From assembly GCA_965227515.1 (NCBI GenBank), contig CBDDFZ010000002.1, positions 832,001 to 896,000 of the forward strand: a stretch of 64,000 nucleotides of DNA, in the 5' to 3' direction. Of this stretch, positions 18,394-28,396 are shown in pieces. A program made the position numbers and the translations under genes. Source of the stretch: Alphaproteobacteria bacterium (GTDB lineage: Bacteria > Pseudomonadota > Alphaproteobacteria > CALKHQ01). The notes beneath the pieces are model-generated. The model did no database searches. It saw only the letters and a program-made list of their open reading frames with translations, and was not told the DNA's origin. Within the stretch, counting starts at the first letter, position 1. Every line of letters starts with the position of its first letter.

Positions 18394-19697
18394 GCGATCT
18401 CCCCACTTTCGGCGAGGCGTTCCGCACGTTTGCGCGCATCGGCGTGCTGTCGTTCGGCGGCCCGGCGGCACAAATCGGCCTGATGCACCGGGTGCTGGTC
18501 GACGAGAAGCGCTGGCTCAGTGAGCCGCAATATCTCAGCGCGCTCAGCTTCTGCATGTTGCTGCCGGGGCCCGAGGCGATGCAGCTCGCGACCTACGCCG
18601 GCTGGCGCCTGCATGGCGTGCGCGGCGGGCTTATGGCCGGGCTGATGTTCGTGCTGCCGGGCGCCTGCCTGGTGCTGGCGCTGGCGATGATCTACGCCGC
18701 GTTCGGCAACGTGCCGTTGATCCAGGCGCTGTTCCTGGGCGTGAAGGCGGCGGTGGTGGTGATCGTCATCGAGGCGCTGCTGCGGATCGGCAAGCGGGCA
18801 TTGAAATCCACCGCGCACCGGGTGCTGGCCGGGCTGTCGTTCGTCGCGATCTTCTTCTTTTCGCTGCCCTTTCCGTTGGTGATCGCCGTGGCGGCACTGG
18901 CCGGGGCGATGCTGGCGTGGCGGCGGGGAGGGGGCGCCGCGCCGGTAACCACGTCGGTGCGGGTCCGCCCTTGGGCGACGGTCGCCACCGTGCTGATCTG
19001 GCTGGCGGTGTGGGCAGCACCGTTGGCCGCCATAGCGCTCGTCCTGGGGCCGGACCATGTGTTGGCGGAGATCGGCCTGTTCTTCTCCAAGCTGGCGGTG
19101 GTCACCTTCGGCGGCGCCTATGCCGTGCTCGCCTACATGGCCCAGGAGGTGGTGCAGCTCTATGGCTGGTTGTCGCCGGGCGAGATGATCGACGGCTTGG
19201 GCCTGGCGGAGACCACCAACGGCCCGCTGATCCTGGTCACCGAGTTCGTCGGCTATCTGGCCGCACACCATTCTGTGGCCGGGCAGGGCGGTTCGACCGT
19301 GCTGATGGCCGTGCTGATGGGGGCGGCCGGTGCGGCGGTGGCGCTGTGGGCGACGTTCGCGCCGTGCTTCCTGTGGATCTTCGCCGGCGCGCCGTACATC
19401 GAGCGGCTGCAGCACGCGCCACGGCTAACAGGTGCGCTCAGCGGCGTGATGGCGGCAGTCGTCGGCGTGGTGCTGAACCTGACGGTATGGTTCGCGCTCC
19501 ACGTCTTCTTCGCCGAGGTGACGCTGGAGGAGGTGGGGCCGCTCACCCTGTGGACGCCTGACGTCGAGACCGTCGACTGGCTGGCGGTGGTGCTGGCGGT
19601 GCTCGCCGGCGTGGCGCTGCTGCGGTTCCACCTTGGGCTCGCCTGGACGCTGGCGCTATCTGCCGTGCTTGGCCTGGCCTGGAGCCAGGTTGGGTAA
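18390..19697 (+). CDS. chrA: chromate efflux transporter (long-chain CHR family)
   Basis: IGVLSFGGPAAQI, LLPGPEAMQL, VVTFGGAYAVL, GLGLAETTNGPLI. Confidence 0.93.
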   Translation: MSDLPTFGEAFRTFARIGVLSFGGPAAQIGLMHRVLVDEKRWLSEPQYLSALSFCMLLPGPEAMQLATYAGWRLHGVRGGLMAGLMFVLPGACLVLALAMIYAAFGNVPLIQALFLGVKAAVVVIVIEALLRIGKRALKSTAHRVLAGLSFVAIFFFSLPFPLVIAVAALAGAMLAWRRGGGAAPVTTSVRVRPWATVATVLIWLAVWAAPLAAIALVLGPDHVLAEIGLFFSKLAVVTFGGAYAVLAYMAQEVVQLYGWLSPGEMIDGLGLAETTNGPLILVTEFVGYLAAHHSVAGQGGSTVLMAVLMGAAGAAVALWATFAPCFLWIFAGAPYIERLQHAPRLTGALSGVMAAVVGVVLNLTVWFALHVFFAEVTLEEVGPLTLWTPDVETVDWLAVVLAVLAGVALLRFHLGLAWTLALSAVLGLAWSQVG

Positions 19698-19737
19698 GCT
19701 CGGCCTCCTCCTGAACATCCCGTGACCTTGGCAACAG

Positions 19738-20586
19738 TCAACTGCCGATGGCATCGCCCCGCCGCACTATTTCATCCAAGTCGATTCCGATACGCCCACA
19801 GTCTTCCGCACCTTCGGCTTGCATATTGCGCCACCGGGCAGTCGATCTGAACTGTTCTGTCATAGTTGTGAGGATGTCCGCCGACTCTTGAGAAGCGGCG
19901 TTGAAGATCGCCAAGAACGCATCATGTCCGACGCCATTCTCGTTCGACGCTCTTATAAATTCCTGCTGGGCGTATGCCACAATCGGATCCGTCTTTGCCT
20001 CATCGTCAATAACAAGCACAAGACCGAAGATATAGGTGTATGTGACCTTCAGGCACTCATGCAGCACCCCTTCGAAATACACGCGCGCCGCCGCCGCCTG
20101 TTCTTCCGGGGAAGACCCAGCGATGCTATCGCCCATGCGCACGATCTCATCGAGGTCCATCCCGACTTGTTGGCAGGTGCGCGTGCCCTCGGCGCGCATG
20201 GTTTGCCAACGAGATGTCGATCTGAATGTCGTCGTCATTGTTGTGAGTGTCTCGACCGCCTCATCGAGGGCAACGTCGAGCGCAACCGCATACTCCTCGA
20301 ACGTCAGTCCTTGCTCGCGCCCAACTCTATCGAGTTCACTGTCGAGGTGATCGCGAAACGGGTCTGTCTTTGAACGATCGTCAATAAGTACCGTGACGCC
20401 AATGGCGTACACATAAGACACGACCATACATTCATGCAGGGTGCCGTCTTCCGCGGCAGGTGAGGTTGCGGCCGTGCTGGCTGCAACTGTGCTAGCTGCG
20501 GTCGAGCTGGCGGAAGAGGTTCCGCGTTGGTTGCATGCCGACAGTGCAAGGACTGCAACAAGAGCGCACACAATCGAAATCTTCAT
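19738..20586 (-). CDS. lipoprotein with Ser/Thr/Ala linker and two tandem ~108-aa helical repeats
   Basis: Lipobox LSAC; repeats LHECMVVSYVY...DLDEIVRMGDSI and LHECLKVTYTY...DLDEIVRRGDAI; visibly lower GC3. Confidence 0.75.
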   Translation of the reverse strand: MKISIVCALVAVLALSACNQRGTSSASSTAASTVAASTAATSPAAEDGTLHECMVVSYVYAIGVTVLIDDRSKTDPFRDHLDSELDRVGREQGLTFEEYAVALDVALDEAVETLTTMTTTFRSTSRWQTMRAEGTRTCQQVGMDLDEIVRMGDSIAGSSPEEQAAAARVYFEGVLHECLKVTYTYIFGLVLVIDDEAKTDPIVAYAQQEFIRASNENGVGHDAFLAIFNAASQESADILTTMTEQFRSTARWRNMQAEGAEDCGRIGIDLDEIVRRGDAIGS

Positions 20587-20759
20587 AGAAATATCTCTCC
20601 CCCAATGCACTGAAGGTCTTCGCCCGATATGGAAAAGTTATCAGGAGGGCAAAATGACAGCCAGCACAAACCGTCAATAGAATCGTACAGCCGGTTTTTC
20701 ATACGAGTGTATGTATTTGTGAATTGTTCCGGCGGAGTGCTCTTGCGCCGGAGCGGTTA

Positions 20760-21659
20760 CTAATTTGCCTTGGATCGCCACCATTTGGTGATGCGGCCGC
20801 CAAGGGATGCGCCGGTCAGCTCCACCGCGATGGCGACCGCCCGATAGAGGCCGGCGATGTCGATGCCGGTCTCATACCCGGCGGACTGGAACAGGTGCAC
20901 CAAATCCTCGGTGGCGACGTTGCCGGCAGCACCCGGCGCGAACGGGCAGCCCCCAAGGCCGCCGACCGAGCCGTCGAAGTGGCGGATGCCGAGATCGGCC
21001 GCGGCCCAGGCATTGGTCAGCGCCATCGCCTGGGTGTCGTGGAGGTGGAGGGAGAACCGGTCCGCGCCCCAGCGTTCGACCAGGGCAGAGATCAGCGCGC
21101 GCACCTGTGCCGGGTTGGCGGCGCCGATGGTGTCGGCGATGGCGATGTCGCCAGCCCCGGCATCCAGCATGCGCTCGACCCAGGGCAGCACCGCCTCGGC
21201 CGGCGTCGGACCGTCATAGGGGCAGACCAGGGCCGCCGACAGATAGACCCGGCTCGCCACGCCCTCGGCGCGGCAACGCTCCAGCAACCCCTCATACTCG
21301 GCCGCGGAGTCCGCGACCGTCTTGTTGATGTTGGCGGTGTTGAAGGCGTCGGTCACCGCCAGCACCATGGCAATGTGGCGGGCGCCAGACTCGCGCGCCC
21401 GGTCGTAGCCGCGCGCGTTCGGCACCAGCGCCCAGTATTCGATGTCGGACCGGTGCGGCAGGCCGGCGAACACGTCCGCGCCGTCGGCCATCTGCGGCAC
21501 CGCCTTCGGCGACACGAAACTGGCCGCCTCCAGTGAGCGCACACCGGCCGAAAGCAACGCCTCGGCCAGCCGCAACTTGCCCACCGTCGCCACCTGTCGG
21601 GGCTGCATCTGCAGCCCGTCGCGCATCGCCACGTCAGTGATCAGGATGCGCTCGGCCAT
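20760..21659 (-). CDS. hydroxymethylglutaryl-CoA lyase family
   Basis: DVAMRDGLQ, SFVSPKAVPQMAD, ADTIG, LHLHDT, GGLGGCPFAPGAAGNVATEDL. Confidence 0.92.
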   Translation of the reverse strand: MAERILITDVAMRDGLQMQPRQVATVGKLRLAEALLSAGVRSLEAASFVSPKAVPQMADGADVFAGLPHRSDIEYWALVPNARGYDRARESGARHIAMVLAVTDAFNTANINKTVADSAAEYEGLLERCRAEGVASRVYLSAALVCPYDGPTPAEAVLPWVERMLDAGAGDIAIADTIGAANPAQVRALISALVERWGADRFSLHLHDTQAMALTNAWAAADLGIRHFDGSVGGLGGCPFAPGAAGNVATEDLVHLFQSAGYETGIDIAGLYRAVAIAVELTGASLGGRITKWWRSKAN

Positions 21660-21697
21660 GGCGGCGGCGGGCGTGTCGCGGGCTCACACCTCCGAGG

Positions 21698-24028
21698 CTA
21701 CTCGGCGGCGGCGGGCACCTTGGCCTGCTGGATCGCCTCCCAGATCGCCTGCGGCGTCGCCGGCATGTCGATCCGGGTCACACCGACGTCCATCAGCGCA
21801 TCCAGGATCGCGTTCATCACCGACGGCGGCGCGCCGATGGCGCCGGCCTCGCCGCAACCCTTGATGCCCAGCGGGTTCGACGCGCAGGGGATCTCGTTCC
21901 AGCGGAAGCTGATGTTGGGCGAGTAGTCGGCGCGCGGCATGCCGTAGTCCATGAACGAGCCGGTGACGAGCTGGCCGTCGTCGTCGTAGACGGCGTGCTC
22001 CATCAGCGCCTGGCCCAGGCCCTGGGCGATGCCGCCGTGCACCTGGCCGGTCAGCAGCAGCGGGTTCACCACCTTGCCGAAGTCGTCGACCACCGTGTAG
22101 CGCAGGATCTCCATGGCGCCGCTGTCGGGATCGATCTCGATCTCACAGACGTGGCAGCCGTTCGGGAAGGTGAAGTTGTCCGGGTTGAAGTCGGCGTCGG
22201 CGGCAAGCCCTTCCTCTTCGCCGGGATTGCGTTCCTTCCACGCCTTGGCGACCTCGAACACGCCGGTCGAGCGGTCGGTACCGGCGATTACGTAGCGCCC
22301 GTCCTTGAACTCGATGTCGGCGACCGCGGCCTCCAACAGGTCGGCGGCCACCGCCTTGCCCTTCTCGATCACCTTGTCGGAGGCAATCTGCACCGACGAG
22401 CCGCCCACCGGCACCGAGCGCGAGCCACCGGTCATGGAGCCGGACGGCATCCAGTCGGTGTCGCCCTGCTTGACCGTGACCTGCTCGAAGTCGATGCCGA
22501 GCCGCTCGGCGACGATTTGCGAGTACGCGGTCTCGTGGCCCTGGCCGTTGGACTGGGTGGTGACGATGGCGGTCACCGTGTCGTCGTCCTCGAAGATCAC
22601 CTTGGAGGGCACGTTCGGCGCACCGCCGCAGACCTCGATATAATAGGCGAGGCCAAGGCCGCGGAGCTTGCCGTTGGCCTTCGACTGCGCCTTGCGGGCT
22701 GCGAAGCCGTCCCAGTCGGCATCGCTGATCGCATCTTCCAGATTGCGCTGGAAATCGCCGCTGTCGTAGGTGAGGCCGAGCACCGACGAATACGGCATCT
22801 GCGACGACTTCACGAAGTTGCGGCGGCGGATTTCCGCCGGGCCAAGGCCGGTCTCGCGGCCGATCTTGTCCATCAGACGCTCGATCATGTAGGCCGCTTC
22901 CGGCCGGCCGGCACCGCGATAGGCGTCCACCGGCACGGTGTTGGTGAACACGCCCGTCACGTGCACGAAGGCGGCCGGGATGTCATAGGTGCCGACATGC
23001 ATGCCCTTGCCGGCGCCGGTCGGAATGAACGGGCCGAAGGTCGACAGATAGGCGCCCAAATTGGCGGTGGTGTTGACCCGCAGGCCGATGATCTTGCTGT
23101 CGGCATCCAGGGCGGCGGCAACGTTGGTCACGTGGTCGCGGCCCTGCACGTCGGACATAAAGGATTCGGAGCGGTCGTTGATCCACTTCACCGGGCGGCC
23201 GAGACGCTTCGACGCCCACAGCACGAGGAACAGCTCCGGGTAGAGGAAGATCTTCATGCCGAAGCCGCCGCCGACGTCGGGGCACAGCACCCGCAGCTTC
23301 GACGGATCGGTGCCCTCCAGGAAGCTGCCGAGCAGCAGGTCCTTGATCAGGTGCGCGCCCTGGGACGAGCTGTAGAGCGTCCAGGCATCGTCGTCGGCGT
23401 CATAGCTGCCGATCGCGCCGCGCGACTCCATGGAGTTGACGACGACCCGGTTGTTGACCAGGTCCAGGTCGATCACCCGGTCGGCTTTGTCGAACGCGGC
23501 GCTGGTCGCGGCCTCGTCGCCATCGACCCACTTGAAGGCGATGTTGTTCTTGGCCTCGTCCCACACCTGCGGCGTGCCGGCGTCCGCGGCGGTCGCGGTG
23601 GCCGAGGCGGCGGGCAGGATGTCGTAGTCGATCTCGATCAGGTCGGCGGCATCGCGGGCCTGGGCCATGGTTTCGGCGACCACGGCGGCGATGGCGTCGC
23701 CGACATGGCGCACATGGTCGGACACCAGAATGGCGCGCGGCGGCGTGTATTGCTTGGTGTCGCCGACATCTTCCAACTGCACCATGCACGGCACGTTGGG
23801 CACCTTGTCGTCGGCCACATCCTTGCCGGTCAGCACCGCGACCACGCCCGGCGCGGCTGCCGCCTCTGACGTGTCGATGCTGGTGATGCGGGCATTGGCA
23901 TGCGGCGAGCGCAGAATGAACACGTGGGCCTGGTTATCCAGGTTCACGTCGTCCATGTAGCGGCCGGTGCCGGTGAGAAAACGCTGATCTTCCTTACGTA
24001 CGACGGCCTGTCCGACACCAAATTTCAC
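21698..24028 (-). CDS. xanthine dehydrogenase family molybdopterin-binding large subunit (CoxL form II-like)
   Basis: RKEDQRFLTGTGRY, DVGGGFGMK, AYRGAGRPEA, GQGHET, QVHGGIAQG, KGCGE. Confidence 0.92.
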   Translation of the reverse strand: MKFGVGQAVVRKEDQRFLTGTGRYMDDVNLDNQAHVFILRSPHANARITSIDTSEAAAAPGVVAVLTGKDVADDKVPNVPCMVQLEDVGDTKQYTPPRAILVSDHVRHVGDAIAAVVAETMAQARDAADLIEIDYDILPAASATATAADAGTPQVWDEAKNNIAFKWVDGDEAATSAAFDKADRVIDLDLVNNRVVVNSMESRGAIGSYDADDDAWTLYSSSQGAHLIKDLLLGSFLEGTDPSKLRVLCPDVGGGFGMKIFLYPELFLVLWASKRLGRPVKWINDRSESFMSDVQGRDHVTNVAAALDADSKIIGLRVNTTANLGAYLSTFGPFIPTGAGKGMHVGTYDIPAAFVHVTGVFTNTVPVDAYRGAGRPEAAYMIERLMDKIGRETGLGPAEIRRRNFVKSSQMPYSSVLGLTYDSGDFQRNLEDAISDADWDGFAARKAQSKANGKLRGLGLAYYIEVCGGAPNVPSKVIFEDDDTVTAIVTTQSNGQGHETAYSQIVAERLGIDFEQVTVKQGDTDWMPSGSMTGGSRSVPVGGSSVQIASDKVIEKGKAVAADLLEAAVADIEFKDGRYVIAGTDRSTGVFEVAKAWKERNPGEEEGLAADADFNPDNFTFPNGCHVCEIEIDPDSGAMEILRYTVVDDFGKVVNPLLLTGQVHGGIAQGLGQALMEHAVYDDDGQLVTGSFMDYGMPRADYSPNISFRWNEIPCASNPLGIKGCGEAGAIGAPPSVMNAILDALMDVGVTRIDMPATPQAIWEAIQQAKVPAAAE

Positions 24029-24363
24029 CGCATCCTCCGTTCATATTGTGTGGCTGCCCGGCAATGGCGCGACAGCCAATGGCGCGAGGGAACAGCCGCG
24101 GCGGCGTCGGTTTTCGAAGTCGACCGACCGCCGAGTCTCCAGCAGTCCCTCATGTTCATGTCCCACTTAGTTTAGCGCATTAACCGCGCGCGTGAATACG
24201 CCGAAGCGCGGCGTGCCGCCGCGCCGCGCGCTGGCGCGCTTTCCGGTGCCACCGCCGGCAATGCCGCTCAAATTTTATCTGTGTTTATCGAAAATAATAA
24301 TCAAGTGAATGTGGAATGTTTGTCAAGTATGTAGATAATAATGTAAGAACAGTCGTGTAATTA

Positions 24364-24378
24364 TTAAGCGCTATTTAA
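24364..24378. promoter_or_regulatory. perfect CtrA-type box TTAA-N7-TTAA
   Basis: TTAAGCGCTATTTAA in an AT-rich region about 23 bp upstream of ATG 24402. Confidence 0.65.
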
Positions 24379-24401
24379 AAGGTCGCAGGTAAAACAATCT
24401 C

Positions 24402-25163
24402 ATGTCTGCGATGAAAAACACACCGAACACGATCCGGTACTCACGGCTCGATCGCGTTCTCCGCCGGGCCGCCACGGCCCGCCCCGCCAACACCGTGCGC
24501 CGGCTCGTTGCCGCCGTCGCGGTTGCCACAGCTACCCTCACGGGGCTTGCCAGCACCGCACAGGCCGTCGACCTCATGGCCTCCGCCCCGCCGCTGTTCG
24601 GGTCGCAAGGCACGCCGTCCCCCGACGTCTCCCAGTTCACCAAGTGGACCCGGATGCTGGCCGCCTTCCAGACCGAACGCGCCCAGGCCGAGCAGCCCTG
24701 CGCCGGCGGCGACTGCAAGCTGCAGCAGTGGCTGGTCTATGTGGAAAGCCTGCGCGGCTTGGACCGCTTCAGCCAGATCGTCCAGGTCAACACCCGGATG
24801 AACTCGGCCGCCTATATCGAGGATGCGCGCAACTACGGGGCCAGCGACTACTGGGCCACCCCAGGCCAGTTCTTCACCCGCTCCGGCGACTGCGAGGACT
24901 ACGCCATCGCCAAGTACATGACGCTGCGCGAGCTCGGCTTCTCAGACCGCGACATGCGCATCGCCGTGGTCCACGACACCCAGCTCAACCTCGTGCACGC
25001 CATCCTCATCGTCTATCACAACGACGAGGCCTACGTGCTCGACAACCAGATCGACCAGGTCGTGCGCGCGTCCTCCATAAGCCACTACCGCCCGTACTTC
25101 AGCCTCAACCAGACCATGTGGTGGCGCCACGCCGGCAGCACCGCCGTCGCAACCAGCTCCTGA
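24402..25163 (+). CDS. transglutaminase-like cysteine peptidase (BTLCP/C93, LapG-like)
   Basis: DYWATPGQF, GDCEDYAIAKY, HAIL, LDN catalytic triad; signal peptide ending AQA. Confidence 0.92.
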   Translation: MSAMKNTPNTIRYSRLDRVLRRAATARPANTVRRLVAAVAVATATLTGLASTAQAVDLMASAPPLFGSQGTPSPDVSQFTKWTRMLAAFQTERAQAEQPCAGGDCKLQQWLVYVESLRGLDRFSQIVQVNTRMNSAAYIEDARNYGASDYWATPGQFFTRSGDCEDYAIAKYMTLRELGFSDRDMRIAVVHDTQLNLVHAILIVYHNDEAYVLDNQIDQVVRASSISHYRPYFSLNQTMWWRHAGSTAVATSS

Positions 25164-25286
25164 TCGGGAACCGCTTGGACTGTGCCAGCCCTCTGCTCTA
25201 CCCGGCCACACACGAGAGTATCCTGCTGGGTGGCCGGGTGGGGGAGAGGGCCGGTGCCGACTTGAATGAAGAACCATTCTTGGCGC

Positions 25287-26183
25287 CTATGACCGCCATG
25301 TGAGCATCGGCCGCGACAAATGCAGGCCACGCATCGCAGGCGAACAGGCAAGCAAACGCCGCCGATGGGCGAGCAAAGGCGCCACAAGAAAGGGCAGTGC
25401 CGACGGGCGCTGCCCTTTCTTACGTGCGGCCAAACCAATCGTTGGCGCTACGGAAGCACCGGCCAGACCGCAAGCATGGCGATCGCGGGTTATTGCGCCG
25501 GCCAGCGGGACCGGCGCCCTGAACACATCCGGGTTTTGCGGGTCGGCGACATAGGAGAGGCGCAGAAGAATCCGCGGCTGGGCTTCCGCAGCCCCTTCGG
25601 CGGCCTCGCTCGATGGGGCAAACGGGGTCTCGCGAACAGAGAGCGCAATGCGCCGGCCGTCCGCATCGCTGGCGGTGAACAGCACGACCGTGCCACCCGG
25701 CAGTGCCAGATCGCGCGCGATGTTTTCCGGCGCGTAGGGCTGGGCGGCCAGGAAGTCTCGCAGAATGGTGGCGGTCGCGTTCAGTCCGTCGGTCGTCGAC
25801 GTCTCGCTCGACCAGACCAGGGTTACCTCGATCAGGCCGTGGCTGCTGTGCCCGAACACGAACGTTGCGTTCACCGGCCCGCCGTCGGGGACCAACTCGG
25901 CCAGTTCGGCGCGCAGCACGACCGTCTGCTCAATCCCATTGATCGCGCGGGCAATCGCACCTTCAGCGACGTCGAACTCGGTGGCCAGCACCGTGCGCAC
26001 CGCCGCCTCGTCCATACCGAACAGGGCGCCGCGAAAGCCATCTATCCGCGCAGGCGCTTCGGGCTGTGCCGCACTGTCGTCGTCGGAGATCTGCTGGTCG
26101 CCGGTGGGGCCGGCGGCAAGTCCAGGCAGGGGCGCGAGCATGGCACCGCCGAGCAAGGCGAGCGCCAGGGCCCGTGCCGCCAT
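25287..26183 (-). CDS. secreted hypothetical protein downstream of TpsB; C-terminal ~70 aa doubtful
   Basis: Signal peptide; IDGFRGALFGMDEAAVR...LRLSYVADPQNPDVFR core; the tail crosses a terminator-like hairpin. Confidence 0.7.
   Translation of the reverse strand: MAARALALALLGGAMLAPLPGLAAGPTGDQQISDDDSAAQPEAPARIDGFRGALFGMDEAAVRTVLATEFDVAEGAIARAINGIEQTVVLRAELAELVPDGGPVNATFVFGHSSHGLIEVTLVWSSETSTTDGLNATATILRDFLAAQPYAPENIARDLALPGGTVVLFTASDADGRRIALSVRETPFAPSSEAAEGAAEAQPRILLRLSYVADPQNPDVFRAPVPLAGAITRDRHACGLAGASVAPTIGLAARKKGQRPSALPFLVAPLLAHRRRLLACSPAMRGLHLSRPMLTWRS
25386..25421. terminator. long inverted repeat, probable bidirectional terminator
   Basis: aagaaagggcagtgcc/ggcgctgccctttctt. Confidence 0.6.
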
Positions 26184-26247
26184 GGAATGGGGCAGGTGCA
26201 CGGGACCCGGCAGGGGACGTGGCGGGCCGGCGGGGACGTCGCCGGAC

Positions 26248-27978
26248 CTAGAACCGGGTCAGGATGCTCAGATAGCCGCGGGTATCGGGAATGGCGACAT
26301 TCTCGATGCTGCTATCGCGACCGATGCGATGCGCCAGTTCGAGATTGACGGCAAAATTGTCCAGCACGTTCAGCCGCACGCCAGCGCCCACCGAGTTCAA
26401 GGTGTCGTTGGGCCCCGGGGCCGCGCCTTCCGCCTGCGAGATGTTCCAGACGATGCCGGTGTCCCAGAACGTGTAGATCTGGTAGCTGTTCAGGTACATG
26501 CCGATGTCGTCGTCCGGCGACAGGTTCTCGCCATACTGCAGCTCGAACTTGGCGGCCAAGCCGTGATCGCCCGTGATCTCGCTGCCGTCGTAGCCACGGC
26601 CGAACTCGGCGCCACCGACGCCGAACTCCTCGCTGGCCAGCAGGGCCGTGTTGGCGACCTGCGCCGACGCGGCGACGAACAGGTTCAGGCCGGGGGCCAG
26701 CTGCTGCAGGCGCGAGGCGTCGATCTTCAGTGAGGTGAAGGTGCCGCTGCCTTCCGGACGCGACAGGTTGGGGTCGTCGGAGTCGCTGGCGCCCAGGACC
26801 GGAATGCCCTGGCTGATCTCAGCGGCAACCACGTTGACGCCCAACAGGTCGTCGACGAAGTCATACTGGCCCGACAGCCGCACGACGCGCAGGCTGTCGT
26901 CGCTGAACATCACGTTCGCGGCTTCGGACTGGAAGTCGTTCCACTCGATGCCACCGGAGGCGAACAGGTTCTCGCGCCGCGAGCGAATGAAGGGGTGGGT
27001 CACCGAGATGGAGTTGCGGAACGACCGGCTGTCGACGTCGAACGGCTTCAGCGAGGCACCGGGCTCCGAGAACGAATAGCTGGAACTGATGCTGATCTCG
27101 GTGCCTTCGCCGCCGATCGGCAGCGTGGCGGCCGCTTCGCCGTAGAACAGCTCGCTCCAGTCCACCGATACCGCGCCGGTCAGGTTAAATTCCTCATACA
27201 GGCCCGCCACCGAGTTCAGGCCGACGCCGGCGGTGCCGATCCACTCGCCGACGAACCGGGAGCTGCGGTTGTCGATGCTGGCGAAGCCGTCGAAGTAGTC
27301 GTGCTCCATCACGATGGTCAGGTCGGACGCGCCCGGCACGTTGGCGGACGCCTGCAGAACGCCATTGGCTTCGGCGCCGGCCAGATCGCTGGCCAGCAGC
27401 AGATAGCGCTCCAGCGTTTCGCTGCGCAGCGGCCGGTCGGCCTTAATGCTCTCGGCATACGACTCGAGGATGCTGATATCGCCGCCGATATCGCCCTCGA
27501 TATTCACCTGGTCGACGTAACCTTCCACCGCCTGCAGCACAACAGTGCCGTTGTTGATCTCCTGCGGCGGAACCACCGCGCGCGACAGCACATAGCCGGC
27601 ATCGCGATACAGCGCGGTCACCTGGGTCGCGATCTCATAGATCGTCAACAGCGACACCTCGGTGCCGACATACTGGTCCGCGATGGCCATGAGATCGGCG
27701 TTGCTGAAGACGGTGGAGCCTTCCAGCGAAATGCCGTTGAGCATGAAGGTCACCTCGTCGGCGCCGGCGGGGGCGTCGATATCGGGTGCCTCGGTCGGTG
27801 CGGCGTCGGGGTCGGAGAGCGGTTCTGGCAGTCCGGGCTGGAACTGTTCGTCGACGCGGCCGGGTTCGGCCGAGCCTGGCACGGCCGGCGGCGCCTGGCC
27901 GAACGCGCCGGTCGCCGACGTCAACATGGCCAGCGCCGAAATTCCGCCAATCAATGTCGCTGAAGACAATTGAATCAT
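26248..27978 (-). CDS. ShlB/FhaC/HecB family (TpsB/Omp85) outer-membrane protein
   Basis: POTRA-like YRDAGYVLSRAVVPPQEI...VEGYV, IDNRSS, EEFGVGGAEFGRGY loop, terminal Phe. Confidence 0.9.
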   Translation of the reverse strand: MIQLSSATLIGGISALAMLTSATGAFGQAPPAVPGSAEPGRVDEQFQPGLPEPLSDPDAAPTEAPDIDAPAGADEVTFMLNGISLEGSTVFSNADLMAIADQYVGTEVSLLTIYEIATQVTALYRDAGYVLSRAVVPPQEINNGTVVLQAVEGYVDQVNIEGDIGGDISILESYAESIKADRPLRSETLERYLLLASDLAGAEANGVLQASANVPGASDLTIVMEHDYFDGFASIDNRSSRFVGEWIGTAGVGLNSVAGLYEEFNLTGAVSVDWSELFYGEAAATLPIGGEGTEISISSSYSFSEPGASLKPFDVDSRSFRNSISVTHPFIRSRRENLFASGGIEWNDFQSEAANVMFSDDSLRVVRLSGQYDFVDDLLGVNVVAAEISQGIPVLGASDSDDPNLSRPEGSGTFTSLKIDASRLQQLAPGLNLFVAASAQVANTALLASEEFGVGGAEFGRGYDGSEITGDHGLAAKFELQYGENLSPDDDIGMYLNSYQIYTFWDTGIVWNISQAEGAAPGPNDTLNSVGAGVRLNVLDNFAVNLELAHRIGRDSSIENVAIPDTRGYLSILTRF

Positions 27979-28396
27979 TGAACTTGCCCCACCATAGCCC
28001 TCAAACGATTCAAGCGGTCAGTGCATCGGCGTGGCCGCACAGGCCTGGAAACACCGCAGATCGTTACCGTCGCGAAATGACCGGTGCCGGCATTGCAACG
28101 AACCGTTCAACCGTCACCCTTCCGGATCGACCTGACTACCTGACGACACGCCTCGCGCGCGCGTCCCGAAATACTGGACCTTCTCGAATCTCATTCGTCC
28201 CAAAGCTTTCATCTTTGAATAAGCATGTCTTGTCAATTCCCGTGTCGCGCGCAAGTGGTGGGGTGTTGCGCGCGGGGCACACTATAAGTGGCTGAAAATC
28301 ATGCATACATAGGCGGCCATGCCGGCGCCTGTGGCGCTTGCGCAACGGTCGAGCAACGCGCACACCCGGCCCTATGGTCGCCCCTATGGCCGCCCC

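Noticed and set aside
21698-24028. Bona fide CO dehydrogenase
   Set aside because: Has AYRGAGR rather than the form I AYRCSFR, and no cox accessory genes are present
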